A stretch of 64,000 nucleotides of DNA, taken from Prochlorococcus sp. AG-363-O16. GTDB taxonomy: Bacteria; Cyanobacteriota; Cyanobacteriia; PCC-6307; Cyanobiaceae. The position numbers and the translations under genes were made by a program. The stretch's first letter is position 1. Each line of letters opens with the position of its first letter. Location: positions 151-64,150 of the forward strand of contig QCGA01000004.1 of assembly GCA_003280095.1 (NCBI GenBank), given 5' to 3'. Below the pieces are notes generated by a model, which saw only the letters and a list, made by a program, of their open reading frames with translations, was not told the DNA's origin and did no database searches. Positions 57,306 through 64,000 of this stretch are shown piece after piece.

Positions 57306-58064
57306 ATGCAAATGACATCAGATCACGCAAACTTGCTTTATGAGGGAAAGGCAAAACGTGTCTTCAACTCAAACCATTCAGACAGAGTGCTAGTTGAGTT
57401 CAAAAATGATGCAACGGCCTTTAATGCCAGGAAGCATATGCAGTTAAGAAAAAAAGGATTTGTTAACTGTCAGATTTCTGCGTGTCTATTTGAAGTTTTA
57501 GAGGGGGAACAGGTCCCTAATCATTATTTAGGACTTATTGCTGATACTTGCATGATGGCTCAACGAGTACAGATAATTCCTTTGGAAGTGGTGGTTAGGA
57601 ATATTGCTGCTGGATCTCTTTGCCGTGAGACTCCTATTTCTTTTGGCCAGGAATTGCCTGCCCCATTAATTGACCTTTATTACAAAGACGATGAAATGGG
57701 AGATCCACTTCTTACAGAAGCAAGGCTTGAGTTGCTTGGGTTGTTAGATCGGGAGCAGCGCTTGGAAATCTCTAGGCTTGCTCTAAAAGTCAATTCAGTA
57801 CTAAGTACATTTCTTGATAAGTTGCAATTGACACTGGTCGATTTCAAATTGGAATTTGGCTGTAATGAATCGGGTCAACTCTTAGTTGCAGATGAGATCA
57901 GTCCAGATACATGCAGAGTGTGGGATCAACGCAATACTGATCTAGATGGAAGGATTTTAGACAAGGATCGTTTTCGTAAAGATTTAGGTGGAGTAGTTGA
58001 GGCCTACGAGGAGATTCTCAAACGTATACAAGGTGTCTGCTCTAAACCGCGCATCTACAGGTAA
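57306..58064 (+). CDS. purC: phosphoribosylaminoimidazole-succinocarboxamide synthase
   Basis: [11 protein letters not shown].., ..EVVVRN.. and ..LVDFKLEFG.. blocks. Confidence 0.95.
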   Translation: MQMTSDHANLLYEGKAKRVFNSNHSDRVLVEFKNDATAFNARKHMQLRKKGFVNCQISACLFEVLEGEQVPNHYLGLIADTCMMAQRVQIIPLEVVVRNIAAGSLCRETPISFGQELPAPLIDLYYKDDEMGDPLLTEARLELLGLLDREQRLEISRLALKVNSVLSTFLDKLQLTLVDFKLEFGCNESGQLLVADEISPDTCRVWDQRNTDLDGRILDKDRFRKDLGGVVEAYEEILKRIQGVCSKPRIYR

Positions 58065-58108
58065 GGTCAGCCCAAGTTCTTTAATATCTATCGGGTCCCT
58101 AAATCTCT

Positions 58109-60382
58109 ATGATTAGTTTTCTTCCTGGTGGATCCTCTTCTGCTCTTTGGAGATCAGCATATGGTTTCGCTGTAGCGATACCACTTTTTGCTGTATCTGC
58201 GGATTCCAAATCTGTCGAGTCTGAAAGATTCCTGAAGGCAATGGAGCTTAGGTATGAGGATGTCCATTTAGCTCAGGAGGGGAATCAGAAGAGTGATTCC
58301 AGTGGAGAGAAAATCTCTGGAGAGAAAAAGACGAGGAATGATCGCTCAGAGAATTCAGGAGGAAAGTCCCCTCAATCTAAGAGGGTTTTAATAACTGAGG
58401 TAATTATCGAAGGTACTTCTGATCACCCTGAAAAAGAGCGCCTTGAATTTGCTGCTTATGATGTGATGAGTATCCGTCCTGGTAGCAGGGTTACTCGGGA
58501 AGAAATTAAACTTGATTTAAACGCTATCTATTCAACTGGTTTGTTTAGAGGAGTAAAAATAGAGCCTGTAGATGCCCCTCTTGGTGTTCAGCTCGTAGTT
58601 AATGTACAGCCCAATCCTCTGTTAACCAAAGTTGAATTAGAATCAACTTTTTCTGAACTACCTAAAGAGGCATTGTCAGAAATATTTCGGAAAGATTTTG
58701 GTAAAACATTGAACTTAAATATCCTGCAAACTCGGATGAAACAACTAAAAGAATGGTATTTAAATAAGGGGTATTCTCTGGTTCGAATTACTGGTCCTAG
58801 TCGAGTTACTTCAAAGGGTGTTGTCAGCTTAAGAGTTATTGAAGGAACTGTTGCTGGGGTGGAAGTGCGGTTTTTAAATAAGGAAAGAGAGATAGTTGAT
58901 GAGAAAGGTAATTTGATTAAAGGCAAAACAAAACCATGGGTTATAAAAAGGGAAATATCAATTAAATCAGGAGAAACTTTTAATAGGAATCAACTGGAAG
59001 ATGATATTAAACGCCTTTATTCGACTTCGCTTTTTAGTGATATAAAGGTAACATTAAAACCTGTTCCAGGTGAACCTGGGAAGGTGATCATTGTTTTGGG
59101 AATCATTGAGCAATTTACCGGATCTCTTACTGGAGGAATTGGTTACAGTCAAAGTCAAGGGGTATTTGGTCAGGTAGGAGTTCAGGATAGTAATCTCTTC
59201 GGTCGGTCCTGGAATGCGTCTTTAAATGTTACTTATGGTCAGTATGGTGGACTCGCAGATTTGAGTTTCTATGATCCTTGGATTAGAGGTGATAGATACC
59301 GTACTTCTTTTCGGACTTCGTTGTTCTTAAGTAGAGAAGTTCCACAGATTTTTCAAAGTCAAGAAGGTGGGACAATTCGAACTGCTTCTGATTACCATGA
59401 GGCAATTTCATCTAACTATGTGTATGACGTAGGGTCGGATTCTCATGGACAGGGAAAATTTAATTCAGTAGATGAGGCAAAGAACAATTCTCCCGATAAA
59501 AGTTGGTTTGATTATGAAGGTGATGCAGTCGCATTGCAGAGGACAGGAGCAAGGTTCGTTTTCTCTAGGCCGTTAAATTCAGGTGATCCATATAAAAAGG
59601 TTCCCTGGCGCGTTGTAGCAGGAATGTCTATTCAAAAAGTAAAGCCAATAGATTTTGCAGGCTCTAGCCGACCATATGGTGTTTCTACTAATGAGTTAAA
59701 AGAAGGAAAGGTTAAAGATGGAGAGGTTATTTGCATTGCCTTTAACTGTGCACGAGAAAATAGTCTTTTAGGCGTCAGAGCTGCAGCTATTTATAACAAG
59801 TTGAATGATGCCAGGAATCCTACTTCTGGCAATTACATAAGTTTTGGTACTGAGCAATTTGTTTCTATTGGGGAAAATTCTCCTACTTTTAATAGGGCCA
59901 GGGCGAGTTATACACATTTTGTTCCAGTTAATTTGATAAAAATCGCCAAAGGTTGCCGTCCAAAACCAGGTGAAAAGTTTGATTGCCCTCAAGCGGTTGG
60001 GTTTCAAGTAAAGACAGGAACAATAATTGGAGAGTTGCCACCGTATGAAGCATTTTGTTTGGGTGGGGCAAATTCAGTGCGAGGTTGGAATTCTTGTGGA
60101 TTGTCAGTGGGACGTAGTTTTGCTGAAGCTTCTGTTGAGTATCGATTCCCAATTTGGAGAATAGTTTCTGGACAGTTATTTGTTGATGGTGGAACTGATT
60201 TGGGGTCCCAGTCAAGAGTCCCAGGGAAGCCTGGAAAATTATTAGATAAACCAGGTTCTGGGTATTCTTTGGGAACAGGTGTAATAGTTACTACTCCTGT
60301 TGGACCTCTTCGTCTTGAGGCGGCAAGTCAGGGACTTGAGGGTGAGTGGCGGTTTAACCTTGGTGTGGGCTGGAAGTTCTAG
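58109..60382 (+). CDS. bamA: Omp85/BamA (Toc75-like) outer-membrane protein assembly factor
   Basis: 757 aa. POTRA-like repeats (..I.V.G....) and a C-terminal beta-barrel ending in ..RFNLGVGWKF. Confidence 0.85.
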   Translation: MISFLPGGSSSALWRSAYGFAVAIPLFAVSADSKSVESERFLKAMELRYEDVHLAQEGNQKSDSSGEKISGEKKTRNDRSENSGGKSPQSKRVLITEVIIEGTSDHPEKERLEFAAYDVMSIRPGSRVTREEIKLDLNAIYSTGLFRGVKIEPVDAPLGVQLVVNVQPNPLLTKVELESTFSELPKEALSEIFRKDFGKTLNLNILQTRMKQLKEWYLNKGYSLVRITGPSRVTSKGVVSLRVIEGTVAGVEVRFLNKEREIVDEKGNLIKGKTKPWVIKREISIKSGETFNRNQLEDDIKRLYSTSLFSDIKVTLKPVPGEPGKVIIVLGIIEQFTGSLTGGIGYSQSQGVFGQVGVQDSNLFGRSWNASLNVTYGQYGGLADLSFYDPWIRGDRYRTSFRTSLFLSREVPQIFQSQEGGTIRTASDYHEAISSNYVYDVGSDSHGQGKFNSVDEAKNNSPDKSWFDYEGDAVALQRTGARFVFSRPLNSGDPYKKVPWRVVAGMSIQKVKPIDFAGSSRPYGVSTNELKEGKVKDGEVICIAFNCARENSLLGVRAAAIYNKLNDARNPTSGNYISFGTEQFVSIGENSPTFNRARASYTHFVPVNLIKIAKGCRPKPGEKFDCPQAVGFQVKTGTIIGELPPYEAFCLGGANSVRGWNSCGLSVGRSFAEASVEYRFPIWRIVSGQLFVDGGTDLGSQSRVPGKPGKLLDKPGSGYSLGTGVIVTTPVGPLRLEAASQGLEGEWRFNLGVGWKF

Positions 60383-61245
60383 TGGTCAATTGGCCTAGTA
60401 ATTATGATGACCCTTGGACTCTTGCGGGGTCTGTTTCAAGGACAGGTGTTTGTCTGCACAGTGGCCAGGTTACAGAAGTACATTTATGTCCTTCTAGAAA
60501 GCCTGGCATTCATCTTTCTTGGATGGATAGCAAAGATCCACCTATAACTCTTCACCCTTCCCAGGTAAGAGATACGCCGCTTTGCACTTCATTGGAAGTG
60601 GGTGGTCGAAGATTGTCTATGGTGGAGCATTTGCTTGCAGCCATAGCAGGTTGCGGGATAACACATGTTCAAATAGTGGCTTCAGGTGGTGAGGTCCCTT
60701 TACTTGATGGATCATCTATTGAATGGGTAGAAGCAATAGAAGAGGCTGGATTGCAGCATGCACCAACTCTTGCAAAAAAAACTTTGCCATTAGAAAAACC
60801 CTTGGTTTTGAATAGGGGAAGCAGCGTGGTGGCTGTGACACCCGCAGAAAAATTTAGCTTGGTTGGTTTAATTGATTTCCCGTACAGGCCGATTGGAAAG
60901 CAAATGTTTTCTGTCATTCTTACTCCTGAGGTGTTTGTAAAAGAAATTGCACCTGCAAGAACATTTGGTTTCCTGGACCAGGTCGAGGAATTGAGGGAAA
61001 CTGGGTTGATTCGTGGCGGGACACTTGATAATGCTTTGGTCTGCGATGGTGAGAAGTGGATCAATCCTCCGCTTCGCTTTGCTGATGAACCGATTCGCCA
61101 TAAACTTTTGGACTTAATAGGGGACTTGGCTCTTGTTGGGTTCCCCAAAGCACAGGTTCTTGTTTATAGAGGCTCTCATGGCCTTCATTCAGATTTGGCT
61201 TCTGAACTTCACAAACACTCCTCAAATTTTGCTAAAGACTCTTGA
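60382..61245 (+). CDS. lpxC: UDP-3-O-acyl-N-acetylglucosamine deacetylase
   Basis: ..[11 protein letters not shown].. and ..[12 protein letters not shown].. blocks. The GTG start shares 1 nt with the bamA stop. Confidence 0.92.
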   Translation: MVNWPSNYDDPWTLAGSVSRTGVCLHSGQVTEVHLCPSRKPGIHLSWMDSKDPPITLHPSQVRDTPLCTSLEVGGRRLSMVEHLLAAIAGCGITHVQIVASGGEVPLLDGSSIEWVEAIEEAGLQHAPTLAKKTLPLEKPLVLNRGSSVVAVTPAEKFSLVGLIDFPYRPIGKQMFSVILTPEVFVKEIAPARTFGFLDQVEELRETGLIRGGTLDNALVCDGEKWINPPLRFADEPIRHKLLDLIGDLALVGFPKAQVLVYRGSHGLHSDLASELHKHSSNFAKDS

Positions 61246-61697
61246 CTGATTCTTCTTTACAACCTGCGGTGCTCAACAGTGAGCAGATTATGGGCCTACT
61301 TCCTCATAGATATCCATTCGCATTGGTTGATCGTGTTGTGGAACATGTTCCAGGTAAGAGGGCAGTAGCAATTAAGAATGTCACCTTAAATGAGCCTCAG
61401 TTCCAAGGACATTTTCCAGAAAGGCCTTTGATGCCTGGAGTGTTAATCGTTGAGGCAATGGCTCAAGTTGGCGGACTCATCGTTTCACAGATGCCAGACC
61501 TCCCTAAGGGGCTTTTTGTTTTTGCCGGGATTGATGGAGTTAGATTTCGTCGACCTGTTGTTCCTGGAGATCAACTAACAATTACATGCGAGTTGATCAG
61601 CTTAAAAAGACAACGATTTGGCAAGGTGCAAGCAGAGGCAAAAGTTTTAGATCAGCTTGTCTGCTCTGGTGAATTGATGTTCTCTTTGATGGTTTGA
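61242..61697 (+). CDS. fabZ: 3-hydroxyacyl-ACP dehydratase
   Basis: [13 protein letters not shown] and [15 protein letters not shown]. 4-nt TTGA overlap with lpxC. Confidence 0.95.
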   Translation: MTDSSLQPAVLNSEQIMGLLPHRYPFALVDRVVEHVPGKRAVAIKNVTLNEPQFQGHFPERPLMPGVLIVEAMAQVGGLIVSQMPDLPKGLFVFAGIDGVRFRRPVVPGDQLTITCELISLKRQRFGKVQAEAKVLDQLVCSGELMFSLMV

Positions 61698-61701
61698 TTG
61701 T

Positions 61702-62550
61702 ATGACTGAGTTGGCGAACCCTTTAAGGCAAAAAGAAGAGAGTCCTGCTCAGATTCATCCCTTGGCGGTTGTGGATACCAGAGCGGAACTCAAAGATGGT
61801 GTAGTTGTTGGACCTGGTGCAGTTATTGGTCCAGAGGTGTTTGTTGGAGCAAATACCTGGATAGGACCAAATGTTGTATTAGATGGCCGATTGACTATTG
61901 GTGAACGAAATAAAGTCTTCCCGGGTGCTTGCTTAGGTTTAGAACCTCAGGATCTAAAATATCGGGGAGCTTCTACAGAGGTTGTTATTGGTGATGGCAA
62001 CACAATTAGGGAATGCGTAACTATCAATAGGGCAACAGATGAAGGAGAAATAACACGGATTGGTGATAATAATCTTCTAATGGCTTATTGCCATTTGGGT
62101 CATAATTGTGAATTAGGCAACAGAATTGTTATGTCAAATGGTATTCAAGTTGCTGGTCATGTAGTAATCGAAGATAGAGCAGTTATCGGAGGATGTCTTG
62201 GAATTCATCAATTCGTGCATATTGGTGGATTAGCAATGGTTGGTGGAATGACAAGGGTTGATAGGGATGTCCCCCCTTATTGCTTAGTAGAAGGTCATCC
62301 TGGCAGGATTCGTGGGCTAAACAGAGTAGGTTTAAGAAGGTCTAGTAATCATTATCAGGAAGCTGAATTAAAACAACTTCAAGATATTTGGACCTTGCTT
62401 TTTAGATCAGATTTTGTGATTAAGGAAGGATTGGATATTGCTTTTAAGCAAAAGTTGATGCCAGCAGCGGAACATCTTTGTACCTTTATTCAGGCTTCGA
62501 CTCGGAAAGGGCGTAGAGGACCTATGCCTGTTAGGTCCTCTATGGATTAA
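61702..62550 (+). CDS. lpxA: acyl-ACP--UDP-N-acetylglucosamine O-acyltransferase
   Basis: Left-handed beta-helix hexapeptide repeats, then a helical C-terminal domain. Confidence 0.93.
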   Translation: MTELANPLRQKEESPAQIHPLAVVDTRAELKDGVVVGPGAVIGPEVFVGANTWIGPNVVLDGRLTIGERNKVFPGACLGLEPQDLKYRGASTEVVIGDGNTIRECVTINRATDEGEITRIGDNNLLMAYCHLGHNCELGNRIVMSNGIQVAGHVVIEDRAVIGGCLGIHQFVHIGGLAMVGGMTRVDRDVPPYCLVEGHPGRIRGLNRVGLRRSSNHYQEAELKQLQDIWTLLFRSDFVIKEGLDIAFKQKLMPAAEHLCTFIQASTRKGRRGPMPVRSSMD

Positions 62551-63728
62551 TGGTTCGTGTCTTAATTAGTACTGGTGAAGTCTCTGGCGATTTACAGGGA
62601 AGCTTGCTTGTCGCGGCCTTAAAAAAAGAAGCAGCAGAACGGAACATCTCGATTGAGATTTTGGCTATAGGAGGATCACGAATGGAAAATAAAGGTGCTG
62701 AATTAATCGCAAATACAGCACCTATGGGTGCTATTGGCCTTTGGGAAGCTCTACCTTTAATTTGGCCAACAGTGAGATTGCAGTCAAAGGTGGATTCTTG
62801 GTTAGCGAAGTACCCACCTGATGTAGTTGTTTTGATTGATTATATGGGACCAAATATTCGTCTTGGCAGAAAATTAAAAAAATCCCTTCCAGAGGTTCCA
62901 ATTATTTACTACATAGCTCCGCAAGAATGGGCTTGGCGTTTGGGTGATGGAGGAACAACAAAGTTAGTCACTTTTAGTGATAAGATTTTGGCTATTTTCC
63001 CTGCTGAAGCACAATTTTATGCATCACATGGTGCAAAGGTCTCTTGGGTTGGTCATCCATTACTTGACACAATAGATTCTTTGCCTGATCCCCAGTTGGC
63101 GAGGAAAGTCTTGGGGTTAGAGGTGAATCAAAAGCTTTTGTTACTTCTTCCAGCTTCAAGAAAACAAGAGATCAGGTATTTAATGCCTACTCTTGCCAAG
63201 GCCGCCGCATTAATTCAACAAAGTGATCCGTCAATTGAGGTTATTGTTCCTGCTGGTCTACAAGATTTTGAAGGATCTCTAGAGGATGCCCTAGTGGCTG
63301 CTGGAGTTAAAGGCAAGGTATTACCTGCGAGTCAAGTTGATAGACTTAAACCAATGTTGTTTGCATTGGCAGATCTTGCTTTGGGAAAGTCAGGAACTGT
63401 GAATATTGAGTTAGCTTTATATGGGGTTCCTCAAGTGGTTGGGTATCGATTGAGTAGAGTAACAGCATTTATTGCACGTAAAATTCTACGGTTTGAAGTT
63501 GATCATATCTCCCCGGTTAACTTACTCTTAAATGAGAGACTTTTGCCTGAACTCCTGCAAGATGAATTCTGCCCTAAAGCTATTGCCGACGTATCTATAC
63601 CGTTACTTCAAAATTCATATCAGCGAAGACGAATGCTCGATGGCTATTCACGACTACGTGAAGTCCTTGGGAAGCCTGGTGCAACATCCAGGGCTGCAAA
63701 ATTGATCCTTGATGAAATGAACAAATGA
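62550..63728 (+). CDS. lpxB: lipid-A-disaccharide synthase
   Basis: [13 protein letters not shown] start and ..[10 protein letters not shown].. block. TAATG overlap with lpxA. Confidence 0.92.
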   Translation: MVRVLISTGEVSGDLQGSLLVAALKKEAAERNISIEILAIGGSRMENKGAELIANTAPMGAIGLWEALPLIWPTVRLQSKVDSWLAKYPPDVVVLIDYMGPNIRLGRKLKKSLPEVPIIYYIAPQEWAWRLGDGGTTKLVTFSDKILAIFPAEAQFYASHGAKVSWVGHPLLDTIDSLPDPQLARKVLGLEVNQKLLLLLPASRKQEIRYLMPTLAKAAALIQQSDPSIEVIVPAGLQDFEGSLEDALVAAGVKGKVLPASQVDRLKPMLFALADLALGKSGTVNIELALYGVPQVVGYRLSRVTAFIARKILRFEVDHISPVNLLLNERLLPELLQDEFCPKAIADVSIPLLQNSYQRRRMLDGYSRLREVLGKPGATSRAAKLILDEMNK

Positions 63729-64000
63729 TTAGAAAAAAAACTAGTGTCTTTTTATTTTTTATGGTTATGCTTCTAACTATAAATACTTTTTTCTCCCCCA
63801 CAAGAGTAAATGCTTTAGATGAAGAAGCCATACTCGCCGGAGGGTGTTTTTGGTGTCTAGAACATGATTTGGAAGGCGTACCTGGTGTCCTTTCAGTAGA
63901 GAGTGGTTATAGCGGAGGTTATGTTGATAGGCCGTCTTACGAACAAGTTAGTTCTCAAAGGACCGGTCATCAAGAATCAGTGAAAGTTAGTTTTGATAAT
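63725..64000 (+). CDS. msrA: peptide-methionine (S)-S-oxide reductase, 5' part (runs off the window)
   Basis: The ATG at 63725 forms an ATGA overlap with the lpxB stop. A signal-like N-terminus is followed by the GGCFWC active-site motif. The frame is open to position 64000. Confidence 0.85.
   Translation, partial: MIRKKTSVFLFFMVMLLTINTFFSPTRVNALDEEAILAGGCFWCLEHDLEGVPGVLSVESGYSGGYVDRPSYEQVSSQRTGHQESVKVSFDN

Noticed and set aside
1-64000. CRISPR arrays, IS elements, transposases, integrases, prophage blocks and recognisable defence operons (restriction-modification, toxin-antitoxin, CBASS or retron-like reverse transcriptases)
   Set aside because: No spaced direct-repeat array was seen, and no ORF carries DDE, tyrosine/serine recombinase, reverse transcriptase or nuclease-helicase signatures. 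The only repeats are those reported in the features and findings.

Overview
The window looks like a low-GC marine picocyanobacterial chromosome. It is almost certainly Prochlorococcus and probably a low-light ecotype. That inference rests on a Pcb chlorophyll a/b antenna gene, kaiB-kaiC with no kaiA, an hli gene, a nirA plus formate/nitrite-transporter module, and AT-rich codon usage.

The right half (about 36-64 kb) is ordinary, densely packed core genome:
- murD, tRNA-Val, serA, prmA, petF, rnz, a spoIID-like gene and truB
- rpmA-rplU, kaiBC, an nblS-like kinase, purD and purC
- a translationally coupled bamA-lpxC-fabZ-lpxA-lpxB-msrA string

The left half (about 0-36 kb) is island-like. It has many short or orphan ORFs, long AT-rich spacers, an RTX-metzincin protease, nitrite assimilation genes, an orphan pstS, hli+pcb and cell-surface genes.

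The most interesting signals are non-coding:
1. Five same-strand copies of a GGTGATGGGG box. Four of them sit in the loop of a 5-bp hairpin whose arms stay complementary although their sequences differ. They are organised as two diverged ~220-bp two-box modules plus a one-box copy. Two boxes lie about 82 nt upstream of small ORFs, one of which is an HLIP. I cannot assign this element to any named RNA family from memory.
2. A minus-strand glutamine-riboswitch-like pseudoknot (CGUUCA...AAGGAACG) with a perfect NtcA box beside it. It sits directly upstream of a 57-aa YRG-repeat ORF that falls below the ORF-track size cut-off.
3. A perfect TGTA-N8-TACA NtcA box upstream of nirA.
4. A (TGATGCT)x8 heptanucleotide microsatellite.
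5. A T9 tract that separates a signal-anchor mini-ORF from its probable body.
6. A G+C-rich patch downstream of petF.

No CRISPR array, transposase, integrase or recognisable defence operon was seen. All functional calls rest on motifs read by eye and recalled family knowledge. No database search was run, and start codons are provisional.
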